Below are positions 9,977 to 19,722 of a stretch of DNA of 64,000 bases, piece by piece. Positions within the stretch are counted from its first letter, which is position 1; every line of letters starts with the position of its first letter. Source of the DNA: an uncultured Candidatus Saccharibacteria bacterium (GTDB lineage Bacteria; Patescibacteriota; Minisyncoccia; Phycocordibacterales; DAORIS01). A program made the translations under genes and the position numbers. The stretch spans positions 259,712 through 323,711 of the forward strand of contig CAZXUH010000001.1 in the NCBI GenBank assembly GCA_964644035.1. Direction: 5' to 3'. The notes under the pieces are model-generated. The model was not told the DNA's origin and did no database searches. It saw only the letters and a program-made list of their open reading frames with translations.

Positions 9977-10201
9977 TTAGTGTAGTTGCCCTGCGCAACC
10001 TTGCAGGCAATATTCCTTGACCCAATCAGGAAGTGCCTTGTAGCCTTCCCGATGCCATAGACGGTTTAATGCAGCCGCCCGATCTGCGGGATTTGGGAAT
10101 CCCTGACCTCTTGAGGCTTCATAGAACACCTGTTCGATGTACTTGAAGCCAAGACGTTTTGCACAGTCTGTGACTGTGTCTTGGACGATGTCTGGGAGCA
10201 A
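9977..10201 (-). CDS. Hypothetical protein (moron-like)
   Basis: TTG start with GGAGGT SD; globular composition. Confidence 0.55.
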   Translation of the reverse strand: MLPDIVQDTVTDCAKRLGFKYIEQVFYEASRGQGFPNPADRAAALNRLWHREGYKALPDWVKEYCLQGCAGQLH

Positions 10202-10363
10202 GTTCCACCTCCAAAGGCGTTAGCCCTGTAAGAAGATGACTGTCGAGCAACGTATCTACGAGATACGTCAATCTTATTCATGTGACCTCCTAAAAAAGAA
10301 CTATCTACTTGTGAACGTCACAAGCAGGGTATAAGGGAATGGCGGCATTCCCCTACTCTCTGC

Positions 10364-11374
10364 CTACGAGTACAATTCTTTTAACTTTGCGGTTGTCTTT
10401 GGTCCGACTTGTCCTGTCTGTTCAAAGCCATACTTTTTCTGAAACTTTTTAACTGATTCAATAGTGATGCTTCCGTATACTCCACGACTTGTGACATTTG
10501 CTGGAAACACACCTTCATATGTAAGACAGTCTTGAAGTGATGCTGTGGAGCCTGTGTAGACTGGTTTAATATTTATGGGAGCCGCATCAAACTTGAAGTT
10601 GATTGGATACCTTGCGAGATAGCAACGGGCTTGGAAGAAATCACGATCGATAAGCTTCTGGTATATATTCTCCTGATCCGCTGAATCTTCGATCAAGATG
10701 TATTTCTTGTTGTCGTAGGTAAAAGCGTCGATAGCGGTAACATCATGTCCCCAAGGCTTATTTGTACCTGCAACTCTAGGATATTGAGTACCAAAGAACT
10801 CGTTTGGGCCGAACTGGAACCAAAGCTTGATCCCCTTCCCTGTCTTCTCAATAGTTGATGCGACAGTTTCAAAATCAATTGGCATCTCTACCCAATTTTC
10901 TGGAATAGCGAAAGCGTCTGCTGCATCTCTGTGGTATTGTTCGATTTTTGTTGAGTTGATCTGCGCCTCCGTCATACCTTCGCAAGGAAGCAGGTCGTAT
11001 AGAAGTGCTCCAGTGTTAGCAAGTCTGGCAATATCACTAAAAACCATACCTTCACTTGGTTTGTTAGCTCTCTGTGTGTAGAAAAATGCTGGAGAAAACT
11101 TAACAATTCTATCAGTCTTTAAGAAGTAAAGAATAGTGCATAGCTTTGATGTGCCATACGCAACACAAGCAGACGATGAGAATTGGTACTGGTATGGAAA
11201 CTTTCTCCACTGACTAGGTTGTTTTGCTTTAAACTCAGGTATGGAAGCAGATGCCACAGCTTCATTAAATTGGTGTACTGTAGATAGTTCCTCGCCCAAC
11301 CCTAAAACACCGAGAAATCTTTCTTTCTCTTTAGTCTTCGTTAAAAGATTTTTTATTGATTTAAATATATTCAT
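10364..11374 (-). CDS. Endolysin: papain-like cysteine peptidase plus C-terminal peptidoglycan-binding domain
   Basis: QFSSSACV (Gln/Cys), GHDV (His); PGBD pattern GVYGSITIESVKKFQKKYG..TGQVGPKT. Confidence 0.8.
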   Translation of the reverse strand: MNIFKSIKNLLTKTKEKERFLGVLGLGEELSTVHQFNEAVASASIPEFKAKQPSQWRKFPYQYQFSSSACVAYGTSKLCTILYFLKTDRIVKFSPAFFYTQRANKPSEGMVFSDIARLANTGALLYDLLPCEGMTEAQINSTKIEQYHRDAADAFAIPENWVEMPIDFETVASTIEKTGKGIKLWFQFGPNEFFGTQYPRVAGTNKPWGHDVTAIDAFTYDNKKYILIEDSADQENIYQKLIDRDFFQARCYLARYPINFKFDAAPINIKPVYTGSTASLQDCLTYEGVFPANVTSRGVYGSITIESVKKFQKKYGFEQTGQVGPKTTAKLKELYS

Positions 11375-11376
11375 AT

Positions 11377-11604
11377 TTATTGACTTAACCTACTTTTAAT
11401 CCACTGGAGGTCTGTTTGCATTTGACTTAGCTGAACTAGGATTTGAATATTTTGTGCAGTCTGTGCTTCTAATTTTGTTTCCAAAACTCCGGTCCGAACT
11501 TCAATATTTTTAATAGTGCTTTGAATGTTTGCCCATGCAGTAATAAAGGCGACCCCTAACGCTATTAATTGCCAATATTTTTGTAGAGATTTTACTTGTT
11601 CCAT
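11377..11604 (-). CDS. Small TM/coiled-coil protein (holin-like)
   Basis: One N-terminal TM plus coiled coil, directly upstream of endolysin. Confidence 0.55.
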   Translation of the reverse strand: MEQVKSLQKYWQLIALGVAFITAWANIQSTIKNIEVRTGVLETKLEAQTAQNIQILVQLSQMQTDLQWIKSRLSQ

Positions 11605-11605
11605 T

Positions 11606-13828
11606 TTAAATACCTGTTGTGTCTATTAATATCCATGCTGAACCATTCCAATAATAGAGAGGCATTTCTTGCCAACCACTTGAAACCGGTGATGGTGATG
11701 AACTTGGTGATACTGAGGATGACGGCGAAACTGAGCTGCTAGGACTATGTGAAACTGATGAACTTACCGATGACGAAACTGATGTAGATGGTGACACCGA
11801 TGAACTTGGAGAATGACTTATTGAACTAGATACACTGGACGACGCCGAACTTGAGACAGAAGAAGAAATAGAAGTACTTGGGCTAGTGCTGCTCGAAACT
11901 GATGACGAGACACTTGAAGATACAGAGCCTGCGATCTGGTAGCAAACCTTCATTGAAATGGAATCCACTTGGACTGTACCTGCTGGGTTTGCGTAATCTA
12001 CATTGACCTCAACTCCCTCAATAACTGCATCAACTGGTATAGAGAAACCAAAGTCAGTCATTGCTAGGTACTTACCAGTTCCCATGTTTCCGATGATGCT
12101 CCATCCAAAACCGAAGTTGCTTGCATTTATATCAGCCGGTGTTAAAGAAAGACCCCATAATTCTGTTGGTCCCCCGTACACCCTAGGACTTCCAGCTCCT
12201 GAAATAGCTACACCTGTATGTAGACTTGTACCCGAAATACTTCCTCCTACTATTAATTTTGCGCTATTATCAGTTGTTGATCCTGAAGCCCTTACTGCAC
12301 ATGTAGTTGAGGTTGATCCATTATCAGTTTTTGCATCATTTGGATTCAACCAATCGATAGTTCCGACTGTTGCATCATTTGCGGCTACGTTAGGAAATTG
12401 AAAGTTTGTGCATACAGACACTACGGAAGATGGTGACGGACTTACACTACTCGATACGCTAGTCGATGGAGAAACTGAGGAACTTGTCGAACTGCTGACC
12501 GAAGATGAAGTTGAGCTTGATACCGACGTTGACGGACTTACTGATGAGGATACCGAAGACGAAACGGAAGAACTAACACTTGATGAAACTGAGGTCGAGG
12601 GACTTACTGATGAACTTACAGAAGAAGAAACTGATGATGACACCGACGATGAAACTGAACTTGAAACCGAGGTCGAGGCTGATCCTGCTGCATCATATGT
12701 TGCATAGATCGAGGCAGTAAATAAGTTTACACCCGCACTCATTACCCAAGGAGATTCGGGGCTAGCGTACGTGACACTGATGTCATAGTATTCTTGATCT
12801 GATGTATTGTCGTAACTTATGTAGTAGCCTCTTGTGCCTGAAATATCTGCGGGATCACCCTGAGCATTTAATATGTATTCAGTTGCATCCGAAAAAGCTT
12901 CTGAACCCATAATGAACGTTTTCCAACCAAGGGCTTCTGCTTGATCTAGTCCGGTTTGTGTTGCGATTTGTCCATGAGTTCCTGTACCACCAGAGTCCCT
13001 TTCATTCATGAAAACTTTAACGTCAACAGCAGTAGAGCCTGTATCACCCCCCAAATAAGCATCAATGGCTGTGAGAGTTCCTGCTTCTGTTGTGAGAAAT
13101 GATGTACCAAAGCGTTCGCTTTCAGCTACACCAAAGCGTTCTGCGATAGCAATTTGAAGCGCACCAATACTTGTGTATCCAAACGTAGGGTCAACTGTTA
13201 CCGGAAATACTGCTTCTTCTAGAAACTTTTGAGGTACAGTGACAGTGAGTAAATCTACATTCTCGTAAATATTCAAATCACACCATGTCCTATTCCCCTC
13301 TGCATCAACTGCCTCTGGTCTATATATATGAAAAGCTTTACCAGTTTTGTATTCTTTACCAGCAGAATTATTTATACGTCCTTTAGTTTTGTGATACACA
13401 GCATAAGAGCCAACAGTGTTCTCAGGCTGCTTGAATCGTTTGGAATCGATTTGTTCTTGAGTAAGTGGCGGCTGGTAGAAGAAATCAAGTCCTTTTGTAT
13501 TAATTGTTGCGGTTAGAACATTGTTTTCAGGTATTTGCTTGAGGACCCATTCAAACTCAAAACCACCATCTTCACCGGCTTCTGGCTTTTCGTACTGATG
13601 CACTTCGTAATCAGGCGTAATGTACTTAATTACCCCGTCAGTCTCCTCGATAGTTGCATCTGGATGTTCCTCTGCTCGAAGTGAAAAGTTTACCTCGTTG
13701 TCCCATCTTTGAATCTTTACTTGGGGTTTGAAATCAATCTGCTTGTCATCACCTATAATGATCTCAATTTTATCTTTGGGATTGGACTTTACCTCTTTTA
13801 GAAATGTTGTGTCGTTTAATTTATCCAT
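11606..13828 (-). CDS. Virion-associated protein with beta-rich domains separated by two Ser-rich (SSSV/SPST) tracts
   Basis: Translation shows SVSSSVSPST repeats; C-terminal YYWNGSAW motif. Confidence 0.8.
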   Translation of the reverse strand: MDKLNDTTFLKEVKSNPKDKIEIIIGDDKQIDFKPQVKIQRWDNEVNFSLRAEEHPDATIEETDGVIKYITPDYEVHQYEKPEAGEDGGFEFEWVLKQIPENNVLTATINTKGLDFFYQPPLTQEQIDSKRFKQPENTVGSYAVYHKTKGRINNSAGKEYKTGKAFHIYRPEAVDAEGNRTWCDLNIYENVDLLTVTVPQKFLEEAVFPVTVDPTFGYTSIGALQIAIAERFGVAESERFGTSFLTTEAGTLTAIDAYLGGDTGSTAVDVKVFMNERDSGGTGTHGQIATQTGLDQAEALGWKTFIMGSEAFSDATEYILNAQGDPADISGTRGYYISYDNTSDQEYYDISVTYASPESPWVMSAGVNLFTASIYATYDAAGSASTSVSSSVSSSVSSSVSSSVSSSVSPSTSVSSSVSSSVSSSVSSSVSPSTSVSSSTSSSVSSSTSSSVSPSTSVSSSVSPSPSSVVSVCTNFQFPNVAANDATVGTIDWLNPNDAKTDNGSTSTTCAVRASGSTTDNSAKLIVGGSISGTSLHTGVAISGAGSPRVYGGPTELWGLSLTPADINASNFGFGWSIIGNMGTGKYLAMTDFGFSIPVDAVIEGVEVNVDYANPAGTVQVDSISMKVCYQIAGSVSSSVSSSVSSSTSPSTSISSSVSSSASSSVSSSISHSPSSSVSPSTSVSSSVSSSVSHSPSSSVSPSSSVSPSSSPSPVSSGWQEMPLYYWNGSAWILIDTTGI

Positions 13829-13829
13829 A

Positions 13830-15437
13830 TTAGTCTAGGAAAACTTTTAGAGGTGCTTTGATCCAAGTCAATCCGTTAAATCGATAAAGAGTTCCGCCAT
13901 ATAGACTTGCTGACGGTGATGAGCTGGGTGAACCAGATATAGAAGAACTCACAGAGGTTGACGGACTCACTGAGCTACTTACAGAGCTGGAAACCGAACT
14001 TGAAATACTGGATGAAACCGAGGTTGAGGGTGACACAGATGAAGACACAGAACTGCTCACAGACGAGCTTACAGAGGTCGAGGGACTCACTGATGACGAT
14101 GGTGAATGACTTATACTGCTCGATACGCTCGTTGACGGACTTACTGAACTTGAAGGTGACGAGGAGATCGAGGAAGAAACGGACGTGCTCGGTGAAGATG
14201 AAACAGAAGAAGATATAGAAGTCGATGGAGAAACTGAGCTGCTCACTGATGAGCTAACCGAACTACTTACGGATGAACTTACCGAACTTGAAACTGATGT
14301 GCTTGGTGAAACTGACGAAGATGGAGAGCTGCTGATGGATGAAGATACTGACGTTGATGGGCTAACGCTCGAAGAAACCGAACTCGACACGGAGCTAGAT
14401 ACACTGGAAGAAACAGATGTTGATGGAGAGACAGATGATGAAACGCTGGACGATACCGAGGAACTTACCGAAGTTGAAGGGCTGACAGAACTACTTGGTG
14501 AACTTGATACCGACGAAGACACGGATGAAGACACCGAGCTGGACACTGAACTTGAGACAGACGACGAGACAGAGCTGCTAACGCTTGTTGAAGGTGAAAC
14601 GGAAGAACTAACACTTGATGAAACGCTCGTACTTGGAGAAACCGAGCTTGAAGGAGAGCTACTGACCGAAGATGAAACAGAAGTTGAAGGACTGACGCTT
14701 GAACTTGGCGAAGATGATACTGAGGATGAAGGCGAACTGCTTACCGATGAAACTGCAAGTGGATATGCTAGACCAGCACCACCATTATAAAGAGATGTAA
14801 CTTCCGCATCTGAAAGTTGTCTGCTCCATATACCTACTTCGTCGATGTATGCATTCGAAAATGCGGCCAGAACGTTGTCTGATCGATCAGCACCAACAAC
14901 AAAGTTGTTAAATGTTGTTCCACTCGTACCAGCACCTGAACTGGCTTGCGTTCCTCGATTGACACCATCTGTATAACCAGTAATAGTTGATCCGTCATAT
15001 GTCAGTACCAAATGATGCCAGCCTGCCGTTCCGAGCGTAATGTTGTATATAAAATTGTCTTGAGCGACACCCTTCTTCAAACGTGAGAAGAATAGACGAC
15101 GAGTACCACCATTATGCTGATAGATAATGTAATAACCGTTTTTATTCGTAACACTTTCTTGAAATATAAAAGTCTGTTGGCTGGCCGCAATTTCAGTTCG
15201 CATCTTGACCCAGAGCGACATAGACATTGCGCCTCCTGTAATACCCATGTTTGCAGCACGTGTGAGACTCTTGTTGGTATTAGCCGTGCCAAAGTCTGCA
15301 CCATTGTTTATAAGTGCGGCAGCAAAACCAACGGTGTTGTTGTTGGTTAGTGTGAGAGCTGCGCCGGAAGAATCGGCTGGGTTGCCGCTTGATTCGTCGA
15401 GCTTATAATATGCTAATAGGTTTGTTGTTAACGCCAC
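13830..15437 (-). CDS. LamG/concanavalin A-like lectin domain protein with ~280-aa Ser-rich stalk
   Basis: LLAYYKLDE, WHHLVLTYDG, IDEVGIWSRQLS..EVTSLYN LamG motifs then SSSV/SPST repeats; C-terminal YRFNGLTW motif. Confidence 0.88.
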   Translation of the reverse strand: MALTTNLLAYYKLDESSGNPADSSGAALTLTNNNTVGFAAALINNGADFGTANTNKSLTRAANMGITGGAMSMSLWVKMRTEIAASQQTFIFQESVTNKNGYYIIYQHNGGTRRLFFSRLKKGVAQDNFIYNITLGTAGWHHLVLTYDGSTITGYTDGVNRGTQASSGAGTSGTTFNNFVVGADRSDNVLAAFSNAYIDEVGIWSRQLSDAEVTSLYNGGAGLAYPLAVSSVSSSPSSSVSSSPSSSVSPSTSVSSSVSSSPSSSVSPSTSVSSSVSSSVSPSTSVSSSVSSSVSSSVSSSVSSSVSSSVSSSPSSSVSPSTSVSSSVSSSVSSSVSPSTSVSSSVSSSVSSSVSSSVSPSTSVSSSISSSPSSSVSPSTSVSSSVSSSVSSSVSSSVSSSVSPSTSISSSVSSSPSTSVSSSISSSPSSSVSPSTSVSSSISHSPSSSVSPSTSVSSSVSSSVSSSVSPSTSVSSSISSSVSSSVSSSVSPSTSVSSSISGSPSSSPSASLYGGTLYRFNGLTWIKAPLKVFLD

Positions 15438-16357
15438 TTTTCTATCTCAGTTTCTGTCCATCCCGTAACTGGTGAAAACTTTTCTATGAGCCATGCCAGA
15501 GGATACTTTTGTAAACTCCAGCTTCTATCTTTAAATTGATTAAGGACTGTCTTCTTGGCGTGTTCTGTTTGTCGTCCTGATATTGGATATGGGAATCCAA
15601 AATCATTTGCTGCTTTTGTTCTGAACATGTGTGCGTACCAAGTCGTGTGATTGACTACTACCCTTCCTCCTGAGAGCCATGTCTTACATGCCACCTCTAT
15701 TCCTTGAGATCCCCAAGAACCAAGAGCCTCATCACAAATATTGAGTTCCCAATATTTTTCTCTGGTCATAAGAAAACAAGAACCTTGGATACTCATTGAA
15801 TCCGTGAGATCACCTCCATACCCTTCTCGTTTGGTGTACTCATTGAAATATTGGAAGTGTGGTTCACTATCAAAGCAAAATGAATTGCTTTCTGGCCTTC
15901 TCTTGGCAATCCACACAATGTCCTTAGTCATTATCTTTCCGCACTTGTCGCACTTAGAACCTTTGTCCTGATATTTCCTTTCTCCGCACTCACAGACCCA
16001 ATCAAAGGCGTGTAGGTTTCGCATTGTAGGAACCATAGTCCAATCGTCCTGCATCTTCTCGATCAACTTCCTATCAAAGCCCTTATCGAAAGCACAATGA
16101 GCGTCTACCTTCACCACATACTTTGCTTGTGAGAGTTTGCAGGCCAAATTGGTTGCTGCTCTCTGCCCAATACTTTCAGGAAGATAGATGACGTTTACTC
16201 TTTCATGTTGAGGGATAGCTGGATTAGCCCACTGCCCATCTAGAACAACGATTACTTCTGTATCTGCTTCAATATTGGATACAATATCCTCAATCGTTCT
16301 CGCTAAAAATTCCTCGTTGCGAGCAGGAATCAGAATACTTAAATCTCTTGCTGCCAT
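15428..16357 (-). CDS. GT2/GT-A glycosyltransferase (polypeptide GalNAc-transferase-like motifs)
   Basis: LSILIPARNE, VLDG, DAH (DxH), GSWGSQGIE, AHMFR. Confidence 0.85.
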   Translation of the reverse strand: MAARDLSILIPARNEEFLARTIEDIVSNIEADTEVIVVLDGQWANPAIPQHERVNVIYLPESIGQRAATNLACKLSQAKYVVKVDAHCAFDKGFDRKLIEKMQDDWTMVPTMRNLHAFDWVCECGERKYQDKGSKCDKCGKIMTKDIVWIAKRRPESNSFCFDSEPHFQYFNEYTKREGYGGDLTDSMSIQGSCFLMTREKYWELNICDEALGSWGSQGIEVACKTWLSGGRVVVNHTTWYAHMFRTKAANDFGFPYPISGRQTEHAKKTVLNQFKDRSWSLQKYPLAWLIEKFSPVTGWTETEIEKWR

Positions 16358-16899
16358 TTTGTTACATCAACGAAGTTAGAAAGAACTGTTGTGTGCGGTG
16401 TAGCTCCGGTCCAGTCGTATCGATACTTGAACTGCGAGTAGAGTTGGTCATAACCGTACTTCTGCTTTCCGTTCACACCGGCGTCATGCAAAACCACGTA
16501 ATCAGCCTTATCTTTGAAAAGAAGGGCGTCATCTCCCCTTGTTCGGGGCTTCTTCGGTGTATGGTCGATAAAGACAATACTGTAGTGTTCATTCAAGTCA
16601 GCCTTCTCAAGTTCCTTAATGTGTAGGACTTTGTGACTGAGTGTCTTGAACTTATTTGCAAAATCTAAGTAATGAAGATGTCTTTCGACGGTGATGAGAC
16701 TTCTCTTGTTCTCAAAACACATCCAGTGCAAGAGGGGTGTACTGAACATTCCAGAACCGACTTCCATAATCGTCCCCGTAGTGTTCTGGACCAGTTTCAT
16801 GAGTATTGGAAAGTGCGTGGACGTTTCCATTTCCAAGCTTGTGTGCTTGTACTTCTCATTCTTCTGCTCCCTTGATTGAAATACTCTTTTTTTACTCAT
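16339..16899 (-). CDS. Class I SAM methyltransferase-like protein
   Basis: MEVGSGMFST, VFIDH, VVLHD motifs. Confidence 0.7.
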   Translation of the reverse strand: MSKKRVFQSREQKNEKYKHTSLEMETSTHFPILMKLVQNTTGTIMEVGSGMFSTPLLHWMCFENKRSLITVERHLHYLDFANKFKTLSHKVLHIKELEKADLNEHYSIVFIDHTPKKPRTRGDDALLFKDKADYVVLHDAGVNGKQKYGYDQLYSQFKYRYDWTGATPHTTVLSNFVDVTKWQQEI

Positions 16900-17572
16900 A
16901 TTTTTTAATTAATTCCCTTGCATGTCCCCAGTGGTAAAGATCGTATGCTTTTATCTGTCCAAGCCTCTTTCGTTGCGTTCTTTGCCTGTCCTCAGAAGCA
17001 TTCTCATGATTGATTTGGATGATTGAAACTTCTCCAAAGACCTCTACTGATTTCCTTTCTGTAATATTTAAATTTCTTTCGATAATCCCCCGCCCTACTT
17101 CTCCAGTGAACTCATGAGGTGTACCGTTTGGCCATTTCTCGAATCTTTCTTCTAGGGCTTCGATCAGTAATTTCCTTGGAGCGATCAATGAGCAGTTACT
17201 CTTTCTGTTTCGCCATGAGTAGATGGGTTCTCCCCATGTAAATAGAGCAAAGCGATTCTGGTCATAGGCAAATTCATCTAAATTTGGCCTGTAGAAGTTG
17301 AAATGATTTTCATGATACAAACAATCATCTTCTGCTGTAGCAATGAACTCGGTCGTAGCTAATTTGGCGGCTCGTAGCATCTGACGGTAAATGTTTGACA
17401 TGCCTTTTTCTCCGTCATCTAATATGTTCTGTCCGAAATCCAATGGTTTACGAGAAACACTTATGAGTGGGTAATCTCCTATTGCTGAACTCAAGACTTC
17501 TCTCTGATAGGATGAGAACTTATCGGGCATCTGTGAGGCTGTCAGATAGATCACTGTTAAGTCTTTTGCCAT
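16892..17572 (-). CDS. Putative GT-A glycosyltransferase
   Basis: LTVIYLT N-terminus, ATAEDDCLY DxD-like motif; in glyco cluster. Confidence 0.65.
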   Translation of the reverse strand: MAKDLTVIYLTASQMPDKFSSYQREVLSSAIGDYPLISVSRKPLDFGQNILDDGEKGMSNIYRQMLRAAKLATTEFIATAEDDCLYHENHFNFYRPNLDEFAYDQNRFALFTWGEPIYSWRNRKSNCSLIAPRKLLIEALEERFEKWPNGTPHEFTGEVGRGIIERNLNITERKSVEVFGEVSIIQINHENASEDRQRTQRKRLGQIKAYDLYHWGHARELIKKYE

Positions 17573-18132
17573 GTGGATACAATTAAGTCGTCCTCTAGAT
17601 ACGTTGCAAACTCTCTTGTTGAGACTGTTTCCTTACCATTTGAGAATCCATCAACCGATGCATTCCAAGCGTGCATACCTCCATATCTTTTCTTTTGATC
17701 TGGTGCATGTCTGAGATATACCCAGCCACCTTTTTTGCAAACTCTTTTCATCTCCTCGATCGCCTTCTGACAATCGGGAGTGTGATCGAGTGCGTTTACA
17801 CAATGAACTATGTCGAACGTTTCATCTGGATACGTGAGATTCTCCATATCCTGATATTCAATTGGAACCAGTGGAACTTTTCCGTTATTAACCCAGAATT
17901 TCTTATATTCATCTGAGAAGATGTCGGATGCGAATATGGTCACATCTACTCCTTCACAATGATCCCCGATCGTATTAACTGGACCAGCCCCTAACTCCGC
18001 TATCACCACTTTTTTCTTGTCTCCAATTAAATATTTAAAATACTTTGGTAGTGGTGCTGGTTTGTTAAACTCTCTTTCTTTTGAACCGAACTTAACCCTG
18101 TAAAAAAACGTTGTTTTATTTATATCCGCCAT
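17557..18132 (-). CDS. SAM-dependent methyltransferase (type 11-like)
   Basis: ELGAGP, DMENLTYPDETFDIVHCVNALDH, EMKRVCKKGG. Confidence 0.85.
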   Translation of the reverse strand: MADINKTTFFYRVKFGSKEREFNKPAPLPKYFKYLIGDKKKVVIAELGAGPVNTIGDHCEGVDVTIFASDIFSDEYKKFWVNNGKVPLVPIEYQDMENLTYPDETFDIVHCVNALDHTPDCQKAIEEMKRVCKKGGWVYLRHAPDQKKRYGGMHAWNASVDGFSNGKETVSTREFATYLEDDLIVSTWQKT

Positions 18133-18899
18133 TTTGGTCGTATTTCTTTCTCGTAATAGTCCCCCCACAATTCAAGTGAATACTTCCAGCCCGGCTCTGC
18201 TTCCTTCGTGCCGTAGTTGTGGGTTCGTGGAAAGTCCCTGTGCTTGTGGGCGTGCCATGTATTCTTGTTGACCATGAGCCTGCCTCCTGCTTTCCATGTC
18301 TTGAAGACCATCTCATGCGAATCACCGTAATGAGTGCCGTAGCCTTCGGATTGCAGCTCTACGATCACTTTGTCCCACCACGAACGCTTCATGATCCAGC
18401 AGGAACCCTGCATAGCCATTGTTTCGTCAATCATTTTGTCTGCCCTTTGCTTGGCTCTGCTTTTCCAATCAACACCCGAGAACTTGTTTCTCGAAGTGTC
18501 TATGACTAGCTTGTTGTAATCGTTTGGAGGTAAATCCATTACTTCCCATTTGTCCACATCCAAGAAGTAGCGGCGTGGCGTGACAATCCAGTTGTCCTTA
18601 AACCTTTCTGTCAAAATACGATCGTAGCCTTTACCGAATGAGCAATGCTCGTCAGTACGCATTATGAACTGTCCCTTTGAGACAGACACACCGGCATTGA
18701 TTGCTCCTCTCATACCCCTTGTCTTTCCAAGGTGTAAAACTTTTACTCTTGGATCATCAATGGGACCAGTCCAGTACCCATCAAGAACACAGATAATTTC
18801 CAGTTGATCCTTTGGTAGTTCAGAGTTTTCTAAAAGCGATTCAACTGTATTCTTAAGGAGTGGGTCCTTGAAACTTGGAATAATGACGCTTAATAGCAT
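18120..18899 (-). CDS. GT2/GT-A glycosyltransferase, paralog of 15428-16357
   Basis: LSVIIPSFKD, VLDG, DEHC.F.KG.DR, QGSC, KTW..GGR, TW.AH shared with paralog. Confidence 0.85.
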   Translation of the reverse strand: MLLSVIIPSFKDPLLKNTVESLLENSELPKDQLEIICVLDGYWTGPIDDPRVKVLHLGKTRGMRGAINAGVSVSKGQFIMRTDEHCSFGKGYDRILTERFKDNWIVTPRRYFLDVDKWEVMDLPPNDYNKLVIDTSRNKFSGVDWKSRAKQRADKMIDETMAMQGSCWIMKRSWWDKVIVELQSEGYGTHYGDSHEMVFKTWKAGGRLMVNKNTWHAHKHRDFPRTHNYGTKEAEPGWKYSLELWGDYYEKEIRPKWRI

Positions 18900-18906
18900 G
18901 AGTGAA

Positions 18907-19602
18907 CTACGTTATCTGAACCCACAAATCGTGGAGTTCTGGGTTTATTGGTGCTGTTGCTGATACTGTTATACCGATCACATCTTTAAGGTGCGTCGTC
19001 CTTGATGATGGTTTGAAAATAGTTGGTTTGTCTTTGAGACTATCGTATGAAAATTTGCCATCAATCTTTTGGATGATCTGCTCTGCTGTGTCAGGGCTGC
19101 CGTCTTCCCCCTTGTCACCTTTCTCACCCTTAGGACCCTGAGGTCCTTGTGGACCTTCTGGACCTATTTCCCCGACCTGACCCTCCGGTCCCTGTTCACC
19201 TTGATCCCCTTTAGGACCAGCGACAGTTGAATCAGCTCCGGTGTCGCCCTTGTCACCCTTTTCTCCTTGTGGACCAGTGGGTCCAACTTCTCCTCGTATT
19301 CCCTGTATACCTTGCTCACCCTGCTCTCCTTTTGTTGCTTTAAGAAAACCCTCAATGAACTCAGCAGCGCTACCTGCTCGTTTGATCTCTGGTTTGATAC
19401 CATCAATAGCACCGACCACTTTGTCGGTGTTTTCGTTGTTTTGGATAAGCATCGCCTCCAAAGCTGGTTCAGGATTGTTCTTCTCGTTTTGCTGGACAAT
19501 AGTCTCTAGAAGACCGTTGGTTTCGTCGGTTTTCTGACTGTTGGAGGTTAGAATCGCTTCTAGTACTGGCTCTAGGTTGTTTTCTTGGTCTTGTTCAGGC
19601 AC
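18907..19602 (-). CDS. Collagen-like (Gly-X-Y) virion fibre protein
   Basis: GEQGEQGIQG...GDKGEDG triplets; C-terminal VSATAP..P...DLWV motif; GTG start. Confidence 0.85.
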   Translation of the reverse strand: MPEQDQENNLEPVLEAILTSNSQKTDETNGLLETIVQQNEKNNPEPALEAMLIQNNENTDKVVGAIDGIKPEIKRAGSAAEFIEGFLKATKGEQGEQGIQGIRGEVGPTGPQGEKGDKGDTGADSTVAGPKGDQGEQGPEGQVGEIGPEGPQGPQGPKGEKGDKGEDGSPDTAEQIIQKIDGKFSYDSLKDKPTIFKPSSRTTHLKDVIGITVSATAPINPELHDLWVQIT

Positions 19603-19722
19603 GTAATGAATCCCCGTTCATTACCCCGATTTATATCTATTAATTATACCACATTTTCGAGTTTTTTGCCTCTACTACCCATAGGGATTGACTGAAAATA
19701 AGTAGATGGAGTAAAATACGAG

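Noticed and set aside
11690-14760. Repetitive DNA as a CRISPR array or DNA tandem repeat
   Set aside because: No constant repeat/spacer pattern; repeats are degenerate at third codon positions, so they are protein repeats. No cas genes seen.
12408-14790. Acidic + strand ORFs (TEELTDEL...) at 12408-12707, 13958-14218 and 14185-14790
   Set aside because: Antisense shadows of the Ser-rich repeats; Ser/Val codons lack stops on the reverse strand.
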